A stretch of 64,000 nucleotides of DNA from Octopus vulgaris. Taxonomy: Eukaryota. This document shows positions 26,433 through 41,175 of the stretch, piece by piece. A program made the translations under genes and the position numbers. The stretch is from positions 26,970,001 through 27,034,000 of the forward strand of contig OX597840.1 of assembly GCA_951406725.2 (NCBI GenBank), in the 5' to 3' direction. The notes beneath the pieces are model-generated. The model saw only the letters and a list, made by a program, of their open reading frames with translations, had not been told where the DNA came from and made no database searches. The number at the start of each line of letters is the position of its first letter. Position 1 is the stretch's first letter.

Positions 26433-26736
26433 ATGTAGTAGAAAATACCACATTTCTTACATAAAACGACCTTAATCACTGTTTTTAAGAAGATTCATAT
26501 TCGTTTCAAAATGCAAATTGAATAGAAAAATATATTTTTTTGAAAATTTCCGAGAGAAACTTCACAATGCAATTTGTTCGTTAATTTATATTTATCGCCG
26601 ATGTTACAACTCATAAATTGTTTTCAAGATGGTTGTCTGTCAGCCTTGATCGTGATTTTTTTCTTCTCAATGAGTTTTATTTCAGCGAATAAAACTTTCC
26701 TTACAAACATAATAATCTCTTTTGTTTAATAATATT

Positions 26737-26822
<86 letters not shown>

Positions 26823-27330
26823 CTCTATCTATCTATCTATCTCTCTCTATCACACTTCTCGCTACTGCAACTGTTTGTTTATTTATTTACTTTTAAGCAT
26901 GATATCAACGCAAAAAATAACATAAAGGTAATCTAGATTATCCGGAAATGAGATTTGATTAGTGTATGAATTATCCAAAATTTCAGTTGTAAAAAAAAAT
27001 AACGAATACAAACCGAATCCAGGAGTATCAATTTTGCATTGTGAGGAAGACTGTAAGCGATAAAATGTATGACTTAAAGGTTTGGTCGCTGTTGAGTTAC
27101 ATATTTAGAAGTTGGTTATAGATATACTTATTGAATTTATTTTACCGATACTACTGTACATAGGGTAAATGTGTTTGAAAGTTGTGGTTTCTGTGGTATT
27201 TTTGTTCCCAAACACCACCGGATTGAATGGTACTGTCCAGGTGTCGAAACCATAATGATATCCGTGTGGAAGCTGATGATGGACATATGTTGGATTCTTG
27301 GTATGACTGTATTTGTATATGTGGAATAGT

Positions 27331-27652
27331 GAGGGCGCGTGGCTTAGTGGTTAGGGCATTCGGCTCATGATCGTAAGGTTGTGAGTTCGATTCCCGGCGA
27401 CGCGTTGTGTCCTTGAGCAAGACACTTTATTTCACGTTGCTCCAGTCCACTCAGCTGGCAAAAATGAGTTGTACTTGTATTTCAAAGGGTCAGCCTTGTC
27501 ACTCTCTGTGTCACGATGATTATCCCCGAGAACTACGTTAAGGGTACACGTGTCTGTGGAATGCTCAGCCATTTGCACGTTAATTTCACGAGCAAGCTGT
27601 TCCGTTGATCGTATCAGCTAGGACCCTCGTCGTCGTAACCGGCGGAGTCTTT
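27331..27652 (+). mobile_element. SINE with family-D head and family-C tail, 15-bp TSD
   Basis: D head and CORE-like segment joined to the tgtatttcaaaggg...gtcgtaaccggcggagt tail; TSD tatatgtggaatagt at 27316-27330 and 27661-27675. Confidence 0.9.
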
Positions 27653-27885
27653 TATATATATATATGTGGAATAGTAATATAACACATCCTTTTGATATAA
27701 ATGAATAAATAAATAAATAAATATGTGGATGATTTTTATAGTTGTTTTCTATATGAATTTTACCTTGTGTTTTTTTTTATCTATGACATTTGAAAACCAT
27801 GGTGTCATTTATACGTAATGAAGTGTAGAAGCGTGGATAAATAAAGTTTGTTAATCTGAATTCAATGTTTGTTCTTAAACTATAA

Positions 27886-28016
27886 TAGCTTGCTTACCAA
27901 ACACATGATTCCGGGTTCAGTCCCACTACGTGACACCTTGGGCAAGTGTTTTCTTCAATATCCTCATGTTGACCTTGTGAATGCATTTGGTTGACAGAAA
28001 TTGAAAGAAGCCTGTC

Positions 28017-28020
<4 letters not shown>
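27886..28020 (+). mobile_element. SINE-A head
   Basis: tagcttgcttaccaa...gggttcagtcccact...gaaagaagcctgtc. Confidence 0.8.
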
Positions 28021-28072
<52 letters not shown>

Positions 28073-28253
28073 TATGTATATATACAAATGAGTATTTGTA
28101 TATTAAATATAAGCAGAGCTGCAATTGTGTGGCGGGTTATAAACACTCCCAGTATATTTACAGCCAGCGGTTTGAAAGTATATATACTCCGCCACGATAT
28201 TGCAACTACCGGAATATACCCAGAGGATATACATTAAGTATATGCAGTTAATA

Positions 28254-28312
<59 letters not shown>

Positions 28313-28353
28313 TAGATAGATAGATAGATATATATATATATAGATATATATAT

Positions 28354-28435
<82 letters not shown>

Positions 28436-29198
28436 GTAAGTGTGTGTGTGTGTGTGTGTGTGTATTCTCCAGAGGCTATCGCTGTTTCTGTGTATCAAAA
28501 TCTACTCTGAAGGCCTTGATTAGGCCCGAGGCTTCTACTAGAAGATACTTGCCAAACGTTTCATGCAGAGAGACTGAACACGAGAAACCATGGTGTGAAA
28601 GCGAGCTTCATTAACCAATCAAACTTGCACATATGCATTTCAATAGAATCAACAATTCAATTTACGCCTACGGTCTTCTACTCCTACGGGTATAAACTAC
28701 CACTTCAGATTTTTTTTCATTTGTATTAACACTGGTCATTCTGGCTTCTGTCCAACATAAATTTCATGCACACATGCAGTAAAAGTTTATTGACACAGCA
28801 AAAGAACACTCACACACACACGTACACACACACACATACACACACATACACACCACATACGCTATATTATTAAATTCATAACAGCATGACAAAACCCAAA
28901 GTATATAAATTTAATATTTTATGAAGCGAGGTATTTCTTATACATGAGAAATAAATACAATATGGCAGAAAATCCATGCAAGATGTGTTGTTTCTTTCAT
29001 CTCTCTCTCTCTCTCTTTTTCTCTCTCCCTCCCTCTTTCTCTCTCCTCTCTCTCTCTTTCTCTCTCTCTCCCTCTTTCTCTCTCCTCTCTCTCTCTCTCT
29101 CCCTTTTCCCTCACTCAATACATACATATTCATATGTCTGAATGTAAGTAAATGTATGTAGATGTATATATGTGTACATATATATATATATGTCTGTG

Positions 29199-29351
<153 letters not shown>

Positions 29352-29666
29352 TATATATATATGTGTGTGCGTGTGTATGTGTGTATGTTGTATATCTATC
29401 TAGCTATATGTATACATCTATCTCTCTGTCTGTCTGTCTGTCTGTTTATTTATCTTTCTATATATATCAGACATAGACAGACAGACAGACACACAGTCAG
29501 GCAGACAGACCCCCAGACAGCCAAATAGACAAACAGACAGAAAGACAAGCAACCAAACAGACAGACAGATAGACAGACAGACAGACAGACAGACAGGCAG
29601 ACAGACAGGCAGACAGACAGGCAGACAGACAGGCAGACAGACAGGCAGACAGACAGGCAGACAGAC

Positions 29667-29704
<38 letters not shown>

Positions 29705-29714
29705 ATAATAAAAT

Positions 29715-29985
29715 AATAATAAAGGGTGAAATTAATTAATTTAGAAATAATCATTAATTTCACCAAGTAGAGTTCGGCATGTAAAAGACCCATTCAAGGA
29801 AGGTTTAAGTAATACTAAGTAATTAAGGGTTCAGCAACGATTTGCCTCACCACACACCGAATTTAGAAATAGCAGTCAAAAAGTTTTGGCTATTCTTTCT
29901 ACTTAAAAGGGAGATCCCAGTAAACCAATGCACTTAAAAAACCTGCGTCGTTTGTTTTTTAAGTGCTTTGTTTTACTGGGATCTC

Positions 29986-29987
<2 letters not shown>
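29715..29987. mobile_element. Second copy of the 13274 element, opposite orientation, shorter inverted arm
   Basis: taagtaatactaagtaattaaggg...gaatttagaaatagcagtcaaa shared; arms 29909-29941 and 29955-29987; (TA)n flanks. Confidence 0.8.
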
Positions 29988-30051
<64 letters not shown>

Positions 30052-30056
30052 TATGT

Positions 30057-30373
<317 letters not shown>

Positions 30374-30706
30374 CACACACGCATACAGTTGAGTACCAGC
30401 GAACAAAATTCTGTCTTTTTAGTTACAGATTTCATTCCGTTGACTTTATTGAAGTCTTTTTTGATACGGAGATTAATCGCTCACTATACGTCATCAACCA
30501 CAACAAACGTTTCCGTAGAAGGAAATAGTTGTTTTTATTACATTACGAATTAATCCTTATAGAGTTTACACACCCTACGCGTGGGTGCGTCTTCAACATT
30601 CAGAGTTGTGCACGAAGGCGTAAAGATATACACACGTATGTGTGCGCATGTGTGCTTGTATAAATATATGTACACACACATATATACATGCATTTATATA
30701 TAATTG

Positions 30707-30940
30707 AAGGCGGCGAGCTGGCAGAAACGTTAGCACGCCGGGCGAAATGCTTAGTGGTATTTCGTCTGCCGTTTACGTTCTGAGTTCAAATTCCGCCGAG
30801 GTAGACTTTGCCTTTCATCCTCTCGGGGTCGATAAATTAAGTACCAGTTACGCACTGGGGTCGATGTAATCGACTTAATCCCTTTGTCTGTCCTTGTTTA
30901 TCCCCTCTATGTTTATCCCCTTGTGGGTAATAAAGAAATA
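30707..30940 (+). mobile_element. SINE-B, full length, with TSD
   Basis: ggcggcgagctggcagaaacgttagc...gagttcaaattcc...gcctttcatcctctcggggtcgataaattaagtacc (resembles the Meta/MESC central domain); TSD tatatataatt. Confidence 0.9.
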
Positions 30941-30970
30941 TATATATAATTATGTGTGTGTATATATATA

Positions 30971-31471
30971 TCTATATAAAACTCTAGTTGTGTGAGTGTC
31001 TGTCCCCTTCGATTTAGATTCCTAACTCCTCCCACATTTTGCGGTGCAGTTTAACCAAATTCGGGTATCTTATAGTCGTGATTCATATCGAGCCCGTCTG
31101 ACTATTAGCGCGCGTCAACGATGAGTCTACGATTTTAAAAATAATTTAACATCATTTTTTATTCCATTTTAATGCATAAAATGCATCGTATGTCGATGGC
31201 GGCGGAGTTGGCGTCCACGCTCACAGCTGCACCTGTTTGCTTCTCCCCCTTCCCTCCCTCGTGAAGCTGTGGGGAAGGGAGTGTAAAGAAATCAACGTCG
31301 TAATGCGTTGTGAAGGAAACCAGCGTTCTTTTAGAACAACGACTTCATGGCTTGAAGACACCAAAACAAAAATGGCTAAGAAAGCCCGAATTTATAAGGG
31401 AAGTAACTCTCTAAAAATGCTTATATAGTTATTTCCCTTACAAACCCGAGCAACGCCGGACGATACTGTTA

Positions 31472-31472
<1 letters not shown>
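30971..31472 (+). mobile_element. Non-autonomous Helitron
   Basis: Inserted between A and T; 5' TC; subterminal hairpin ccgagcaacgccgg at 31446-31459 followed by a 3' TTAG (variant of CTAG); no TSD. Confidence 0.75.
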
Positions 31473-31517
<45 letters not shown>

Positions 31518-31519
<2 letters not shown>

Positions 31520-31820
31520 CACCGTGATCATCGTGACCGATCAGGCTATCAGATGTTGCTACACATCGCTGGTCACAATGCGCTTCGCATTGTTTTAGCC
31601 TTTAAATGACGCCACCCCGCTGGCTAAGCGAGCAGGCCAAGAGAAGAAAGAGTGAGAGAAAGTTGTCGTGAAAGAGTACAGCAGGGATCGCCACTACCCC
31701 CTGCCGGAGCCTCGTGGAACTTTAGGTGTTTTCGCTCAATAAACACCCACAACGCCCGGTCTGGGAATCGAAACCGCGATCCTACAACCACTGCCCTAAA
31801 AACTGGGCCATTGCGCCTCC

Positions 31821-31821
<1 letters not shown>
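31518..31821 (-). mobile_element. SINE with family-C head and a third tail type
   Basis: C head (ccattgcgcctcca) joined to the caggctatcagatgttgctacacatcgctggtcacaatgcgc tail; second copy at 42754. Confidence 0.88.
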
Positions 31822-31854
<33 letters not shown>

Positions 31855-32033
31855 ATATCGAGATGGTCACCTTATTGTATTATATTTTAGTTTTTTTATT
31901 TCTTTCATTTTTTTTTTGCCATATAAACACCGACAGTATTTTTTTTTTCTTCACTCGTTTATTAATGTTCATTGTTCAAAAATGCTTCGTCATAGATCTA
32001 TAATCTTTGTTCATATCTGTGTGTGTGTGTGTG

Positions 32034-32101
<68 letters not shown>

Positions 32102-32229
32102 CATACATACATGTATGTGTCTGTTAGTACGTGTATATTTATGCATTTATACATATACAGACATGTGTGTATACATATTCACACATGTGAATATATATAT
32201 ACATATATATATATACATATATATATATA

Positions 32230-32385
32230 CACGACGAGCTTCTTTCAGTTTCCGTCCACTAAATCCACTCACAAGGCTTTGGTCGGCCCGAGTCTATAGT
32301 AGAAGACACTTGCCCGAGGTGCCACGCAGTGGGACTGAACCCGGAACCATGTGGCTGGAAAGCAAGCTACTTATCACACAGCCAC
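32230..32385 (-). mobile_element. SINE-A head
   Basis: cttctttcagtttccgtc...gccacgcagtgggactgaacccgg. Confidence 0.88.
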
Positions 32386-32429
<44 letters not shown>

Positions 32430-32948
32430 CTATGTATAAACATTGGAAGATTCTTAAATTCAAATCTTACGTTGCAACAAATAATATCATTGTTATTGTA
32501 CTTAGGAAGAATATAGATCAAATAAAATCACACACACACTAGTTGTTACTCTTTAACGTTAATTGGTTCGTTAATTAACTAGCTAATTGCTTTGTAAAAC
32601 TTCTTTCGTTTCCGCCTGTGACCTTATCAACCACTACGTTCCGCTTTTGTATTTGCTTCACCATGTCACGCACTTGTTATACATATATATGAAGAATTGC
32701 TAAGTTCGCTAACTGTAATAAAGGACTGTGTTAAACCATTTAAACATGTAATTAACTAATTGTTTTAGCATGTAATTAATTAACTAATTGATCATAAGAT
32801 TGAAGTTGATTATAACTGTGCGTGTATTGTACGTCTAGCATGACGTTCCTAAATTGTAGAAATTTAATACGAAAACTTCTTTCAAAGATGTTCGTGTCCT
32901 ATTTTTCAAAACAAAAACGTATTAAGTAGTGAAGAACTTTTCAGAAAA

Positions 32949-32998
<50 letters not shown>

Positions 32999-33344
32999 TA
33001 TGTACGTGTTTTGGTGCATGTGTGCGTGTGTGAGTGTACGGGTTTGTGTGTATTTCTTTGAGGTTTAATTGAGTTCATGTTAAGACACTAACAGTCAGTC
33101 GCTAACAACGTGACAAGACTTTTTGAGTCAAGAGGGTTCTCTGTGTTTGTAAATATGTGCTTGAGTCGGTGTGTGAGTTGAGTTGTTGACGCACACGCCC
33201 AAGTGTGAGCATCTGTTTACCTAAGAATCTCACATGAAGAATTTCTGCAACGTCTTCGCTATGCCACTAACAGATTGGATTTGAAGAATACGCGTCAGTT
33301 TCTTTCGCTTTTTCTTCGAAACAAATCAAACTAGTATTCTTTTG

Positions 33345-33757
33345 TTCTTTTACTCGTTTCTATCATGTGACTGCGGCCATGCTGGAGCACCACATTGAAG
33401 GATTTCATTTGAACAAATCTTCTACAGGTCTTATTTTTTAAGTTTAGTGCTTATTCTATCGATATCGTTTACCGAACCGCTAGTTTACGGTTAACGTAGT
33501 TCTCGGGGGAGATTTAGCGTGACACAGAGTGTGACAAGGCTGGACCTTTGAGATTCAGGTACAACAGAAACAGGAAGAAAGAGTGAGAGAAATTTGTGGT
33601 GAAAGAGTACAGCAGGGTTCGCCACCAACCGATTCTGGAGCCTCGTAGAGCTTTAGGTATTTTCGCTCAATAAGCACTCATTGCGCCCGGTTTGGGAATC
33701 GAAACCGCGATCCTACGACCGCGAGTCCTCTGCCCTAACCACTGGGCCATTACACCT
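33345..33757 (-). mobile_element. Chimera of SINE-C 5' part (33495-33757) and SINE-A tail (33345-33495)
   Basis: Junction at accgaaccgctagtttacggttaacgtagttctcggggg. Confidence 0.75.
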
Positions 33758-33784
33758 ATACACACACACACACATATATATATG

Positions 33785-34014
33785 TTTCTTTACAACCCAG
33801 AAGGGGCTAAACACAGAGGGGACAAACAAGGACAGACAAACGGATTAAGCCGATTACATCGACCCCAGTGCGAAACTGGTACTTATTTAATCGACCCCGA
33901 AAGTATGAAAGGCAAAGTCGACCTCGGCGGAATTTGAACTCAGAACGTAACGGCAGATGAAATACGGCTACGCATTTCGCCCGGTGTGCTAACGTTTCTG
34001 CCAGCTCGGCGCCT
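33785..34014 (-). mobile_element. SINE-B
   Basis: Reverse complement of the 30707 copy. Confidence 0.9.
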
Positions 34015-34234
34015 TTTTATATATATGCGTATGTGTGCCACATATACGCATATATATATATATATGCGTATGTGTGTGTATCTGTATCTGTGTGTGTTTG
34101 TGTTTGTGTGTTTGGCTGTATGTGTATATGTGTGCGTGTGTGTACCTTGTCGTAGTTCTGGGTTTTACATTTTACGCTAAGTATCATAGCTTTTACCATT
34201 TATTCCGGAATGTTAAAACAATCCTTTGATGTGT

Positions 34235-34345
34235 GTTTTCGAACCGTTACGTTACGGAGGCGTAAACACACCAACACCGCTTATCAAGCGGTAGTTTGGG
34301 ACAAACACATACACAAACACACACACACACATACACATACCTACC

Positions 34346-34377
<32 letters not shown>

Positions 34378-34746
34378 CATACATACATACATATACATAC
34401 ATGCATGCATACATACATACATACATACACACATATACACATACGTACATACATACATACATACACACATACATACACACACATACACATACATACATAC
34501 ATACATACACACATATACACATACGTACATACATACATACATACACACACATACACACACATACACATACATACATACATACACACATATACACATACGT
34601 ACATACATACATGGATGCATACATACAGACATACATACATACATACGTACATACATACATACATACATACATACATACATACATACATACATACATACAT
34701 ACATACACACATACATACATACATACATTCATACATACGTACGTAC

Positions 34747-34777
<31 letters not shown>

Positions 34778-34899
34778 CATACACACATACATACATACAT
34801 ACATACATACACACATACATACATACATACATATACACACACATACATACATACATACATACATACATACATACATACATACATACATACATACATACA

Positions 34900-34931
<32 letters not shown>

Positions 34932-35250
34932 CACATACATTCATACATACATACATTCATTCATTCATACATACATTCATACATACATACATACATACAT
35001 ACATACATTCATTCATTCATACATACATACATACATACATACATACATACATACATACATACATACATACATACATACATACATACATACATACATACGA
35101 GAGGCTTCTTTCGGTGTCCGTCTACCAATTCCACTCACAAAAGTTTTGGTCCATCCGGGGCTTCAATATAAGATACCCAGGATATCACGCATTGGGGCTG
35201 AACTCAGAACCTTGTAGTTAGGAAGCACCCCACTTGCCACCCAGCCACGC
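34235..35250 (-). mobile_element. Degenerate SINE-A with an internal (CATA)n expansion of about 800 bp
   Basis: Tail part 34235-34310, (CATA)n 34310-35098, head part 35098-35250. Confidence 0.75.
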
Positions 35251-35337
35251 CTGAGGCTCTTAATTCATGTTGAACTGTTTCTTTCGAACTTTTTTCTTTT
35301 TTTTTACCTACTTTGAAACTAATTAAATATACGTGTT

Positions 35338-35370
<33 letters not shown>

Positions 35371-35542
35371 ATATATTTATATACATATACATACATACAT
35401 GTATGTTTCTGTTAGTACGTGTGTATTTATACATTTATACATATACATGCATGTGTGTATATATATTCACACATGTGAATATATATATACATATACATAT
35501 ATATATATATACACACATATATGTATATATACACACATATAT

Positions 35543-35665
35543 ACGACGGGCTTCTTTCAGTTTCCGCCCGAGGCTATAGTAGAAGACACTTGCCCAAGGT
35601 GCCACGCAGTGAGACTGAACCCAGAACCATATGGTTGGAAAGCAAGCTACTTACACACAGCCAGA
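35543..35665 (-). mobile_element. SINE-A head with internal deletion
   Basis: acgacgggcttctttcagtttccg joined directly to cccgaggctatagtagaagacac. Confidence 0.85.
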
Positions 35666-35715
35666 CATATATATGTGTGCGTGTGTGTGTGTATGTATGT
35701 ATGTATGCATGTATG

Positions 35716-35844
<129 letters not shown>

Positions 35845-36795
35845 ATTAATTATATGAGTGTTCATTTCCAGAGAAATCCGATTTGACATTTGAATCTATT
35901 ATTCTGTTTCAAAAATAATTCACAAGATAAAAATAATTCTAATTCACACTTCAGATAAAAGTGCGCTCTACCTCACCGACGAAAAAAAGGGAGCTGAAAA
36001 ACAGCCGGAAAAAGACGAAGAAAAATACGAAAAGGAAACGACAAAATAACATGTCTGAATATATATAAAGTGGAAAAAATACCACCAAAATCAAAATTGT
36101 GCAGTTATAAAACCGTAAAAGCTGAGTACCGTAAAAGCAGAGAATCAAATAAAGTTTTTAAAATATTCACAAGATATCATCTCAAAGTACATTCGTTGCA
36201 TTTTATCGTTACATGTTTTAATTCGTTGTTTTTTCTTTGCGACACACATTTTCGTACGTGAGTTTATCGTAAAGAATTATGATATCGTATTCAAATGTAG
36301 TCTAAGCGTCTTTTCGTCAGTGAAGTAGATAATACCTATATTCCAGTTGCTTTTCACTTACCGTACGAATAAAAGGAGAAACCATATTTTTCAAGCTGCT
36401 TCTTGCCCCTAGCATCTCACGTCCAATCAAAACCCTTGAATTAGATCGGAATATGCCATATCAGTTAGAATAAATCTGTGTTTCAATAGCGATGAAAATT
36501 CCTTTTAATTTTATGCGTTTTGCAGTTCGGATTCTTAAAAAAAAAAAAGAGAAAATATTTTTGAAAAAATTGTAGAATAAAATACAAAATTTTGTTGACA
36601 TCATTTCGTTTATTACGGGGAAAAAAAGGAAGATTTTTCCAACCTACTATCTTGAATTTTGTATGATATATGGTTTCTCAAAATGTTGACGTTTTTAAAT
36701 GAAAAAAAAGTGTATATATTATCACAAAATAAGTCAGCAACTTATATATATTATGCTACAATGGGTATATATACATATGCATACATATATATGTA

Positions 36796-36851
<56 letters not shown>

Positions 36852-37151
36852 TATGTATATATATATGTCTTTATATATATACTCATATATATATATATAA
36901 CCACCTACATACATACACATACAAATACATATGCATGTGTGTATATATGTACGTAAGTATGAATGTATATATACATGTATGTTTGTGTGTATGTATATAT
37001 ATATAAACAAATATACAAATATATATATATATACATATATAGATATGTATACATATACATATATAAATATACACACAGGTACGCACACTCATATATACAT
37101 ACATATATATATGCATACATATATTTATACATATATATGTAAATACATATT

Positions 37152-37209
<58 letters not shown>

Positions 37210-37230
37210 TATGTATAAATATATGTATAT

Positions 37231-37930
37231 AATTATTATTTGAGGGAATAAAATCCAAACTTACAGGGAAAGAGAATCCAATTTAGAAATACTAAATCGA
37301 ATTCCACACAATATAATAAATATATGAAAAATATTAGAAAAAAACACCTTTTATCAATTCAAAATGAATAAATAAATTACACTTACATATAATAGAAAAG
37401 TTAAAATTAAAATAACAATAAAAAGTAAAGATTATGTAAATTACAAAAATAATAAAAATGTACGTAATAGGTAGAAAAACGACACGTGTTTCGCTGCTAT
37501 ATTTAAGAAATGATTATAGTAGTAGAGAAATCCCTTCCATATAAATATAGTCGCTCATCAGGTTAAAAATAAAATAGAATATTAAAATAATTAATTAATA
37601 AATATACTTTAATACATATGTATGTATATATATGAAAATCCTAAATATACATAAGTGAAAAATAAAATAAAACATCAATAATTAAATACTTTAAAATTAA
37701 ATAAAATACACAAAACTAGTACAAGTCATTAAATTGTAGTCAAAATAAGAAATGTTTCAAATATAGACAAACTCCTAAAATAAGCTAACCATATAATAAA
37801 TATACATGTGTAGTATCTATTGATTTAATATAACAATCTATAACAAAATTGACTAAATATCAAATAATATAATACTTAATTAACTTAAATTTAGTATTAC
37901 AAATATATAAGCCACCTTTATATCAATATA
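37231..37930 (-). mobile_element. AT-rich (TA)n-flanked Penelope-like terminal segment containing a hammerhead
   Basis: Flanked by (TA)n; terminal 30 bp repeated at 38230-38260; contains the 37478-37564 motif. Confidence 0.6.
37478..37564 (-). ncRNA. Minimal type-I hammerhead ribozyme with intact core
   Basis: aac-CTGATGA-gcgactatattta-(loop)-taaatatagcagc-GAAA-cacgtGTC-gtt; palindromic stem III acacgtgt, GUC cleavage triplet. Confidence 0.75.
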
Positions 37931-38028
37931 TAATATAATATATATATAAATAATATATATATAAATATGTATATATATATATGTATATATATATATTATA
38001 TATATATTATATATATATATATATATTA

Positions 38029-38135
<107 letters not shown>

Positions 38136-38150
38136 TAATAAGATTAGCTC

Positions 38151-38199
<49 letters not shown>

Positions 38200-38758
38200 A
38201 TATGTTAATGGAAAGTATATATATATATAATTATTATTTGAGGGAATAAAATCCAAACTTGGAAAGTAAGAAAGCCTATCAACCCCAAATAAAAGAAAGG
38301 TGTATGTATGTATGTATGTATGTATGTATGTATGTATGTATGTATGTATGTATGTATGTATGTATGTATGTATGTATTATGTATGTATGTATATTATTAA
38401 ATATAATCATACGTATTTCATATACATATTTGTAACCGTCATATTGGTTTTCATTTTTATGTTTCATTTTAAAAAAATATTATTGACGCTCACACTTACA
38501 TACAGACACATATATTGATTAATTCAGTCTGTTTAAGTATCTTAAACACTTACTATGTAATTTTTTTTGTCCTGAATAACCCTGATGAGATTTTTCCTCA
38601 AAATGTTTCTAAAATATGAATTTTTACAAAATTGTTATTGGCTTCGAGTCTGAATCAAAACAATTTTATGGATTATCGATATTATATTAATATAATATTA
38701 ATATAATATTATGTTTATAAATTAGCATATTTCAGTTTGAACTCTATTGTCCTTAAAT

Positions 38759-38801
<43 letters not shown>

Positions 38802-38985
38802 CGGGAAGCTTTATGAAAATAGACAAAAGACGAAGGCAGGTGGAAACATATATATATATATATATACACACAAATATATATCTATTTACATATATACATA
38901 TATATATAGAGAGAGAGAGATAAAGACGCACACATACGTGTATATATATATATATATACACGCACACAGATATACATGTATTTAC

Positions 38986-39030
<45 letters not shown>

Positions 39031-39830
39031 CACCTATGTGTGCGTCTTTGTCTCTGTGTATGTCCCTCGCCGGTGTTGGTTTTTTTACGTCCCCATTTCT
39101 TAGCTATTCGGTTTCACAAAAATTATGTAATATATGTATGTGTGTATGTATGTGTATCTATGTATGTATGTATGTTTGTTTGTGTATGTGTTTGTCCCAA
39201 ACTACCGCTTATATATATATATGTTTGACTAAAAATTCTATAACCCGCTGCCCCAGCATGGCCGCAGTCTAATGGCTGAATCAAGTAAAAGATAGAGGAT
39301 TTTTACAAAAATGTGTGTATAAATATGTGTGTATATGAATGCGTGCGTGCGTGCGTGCGTGCGTACGTGTGTCTGTGTAAACTAAAGCTTGAATGTAATT
39401 TTCTATTTCAGTAAACAAAAGCGTGTCAGAAGTTAAACAGACAGCACATTCAGAGGACGCGGTATTTCCTAGCTAGAAACATTCATTATTTGTATTCTGA
39501 AGAAAACATCTACTCATACGTACACACACACAACTACATATAAATAAGCGCGTGTGTGTGCGTGAGTTTGTGTGCATCATGGTACTCTTACATATAGGTA
39601 TTCGTTAACAATTATATATACGCATAGATTAATTATATGAACTTGACATTTCCGAAAACAGCTTCTGATAAGATAAAGAAACATTGTAACCATTATGCGA
39701 GCGATGGTCTCTTTTAATAATAAACATATCTCCTCGGCATTTATTATCTAGTGAGACCATTTTCTAGTTGACTGTAGCTACTTTATTCCCCAACAGATAG
39801 ATTTCAGTTACGTACAATCATATACATATA

Positions 39831-39877
<47 letters not shown>

Positions 39878-39903
39878 AAACGCTTCCTAATTGGAAGCCT
39901 CTT

Positions 39904-39954
<51 letters not shown>

Positions 39955-39957
<3 letters not shown>

Positions 39958-40115
39958 CAGGCGTTGTTGCATAAGAAATTTGCTTCCCAACCACGTCATT
40001 CCGGGTTCAATCCCAGTGTGTGGCACCTTCGATAAGTCTTTTCTAGTATAGCAACGTGCCGACCATAGCCTTCCGACTGGATTTCATAAACAGAAACTGA
40101 AAGAAGCCCGCCATG
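39955..40115 (+). mobile_element. SINE-A head
   Basis: gcttcccaaccacgtcattccgggttcaatccc...gaaactgaaagaagcccg. Confidence 0.8.
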
Positions 40116-40143
40116 TTTAACACACACACACACACACACACAC

Positions 40144-40233
<90 letters not shown>

Positions 40234-40247
40234 AGTATGTATGTATG

Positions 40248-40311
<64 letters not shown>

Positions 40312-40333
40312 TGTATGTATGTATGTATATATA

Positions 40334-40369
<36 letters not shown>

Positions 40370-40419
40370 TGTATATATATATATATAAATATATATATAT
40401 ATACATTCATTTATTTTTT

Positions 40420-40840
40420 TTTTGACTTGTTTCAGTTACTTGGTACCGGCCATGCTGTAGTACGGCCTTGAAGGATTTCTACTCGAAGAAATCGGACACG
40501 AGACATTTTGATAGCCTAATACTTATTCTATCGGTCTCATTTACCTTACCGCTAATTAACGACAACGTAAACAAACCAACAAACGGTGATAGAGGAACAA
40601 ACACAAAAACACATACAAACGAAGAAACACACACACACACATGCCCACGCACACACACGCATACGTGTGTGTGTGTGCATGTGTGACGGGCTTCTTTCAG
40701 TTTCCGTCTACTAAATCCGCTTACAAGGAATTGATCGGCCTGAGGCTATAGTAGAAGACCCTGAAGGTGGCATGCAGTGGGACTGAAACCGGAACCATGT
40801 ATTTGAAAAGCAGGCTTCTCACCACACAGCCATGCCTCCA
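40420..40840 (-). mobile_element. Degenerate SINE-A
   Basis: Tail acttgtttcagt through head accacacagccatgcctcc. Confidence 0.8.
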
Positions 40841-40847
40841 CATATAT

Positions 40848-40914
<67 letters not shown>

Positions 40915-41123
40915 CATACATACATATACATATATTTATGCATATTAATATATTTATAAACATATATATATATATATATTCATCCACACACACACACTTA
41001 TATATATATACTTGCAAAGATATACAAGCATACGTATTTATTCATGCATGAATATATATACACACACACATAAACACATAAATACTGTGGCAAAGTCAAA
41101 CACTGGGGGATATAGGTAGATAG

Positions 41124-41175
<52 letters not shown>

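Noticed and set aside
34210-35217. 335-aa ORF and the many YI/HT/MYVC-rich ORFs
   Set aside because: Translations of stop-free microsatellites, not genes
38581-38610. CTGATGAG...CTC hammerhead-like start
   Set aside because: No GAAA, stem III or stem I partner
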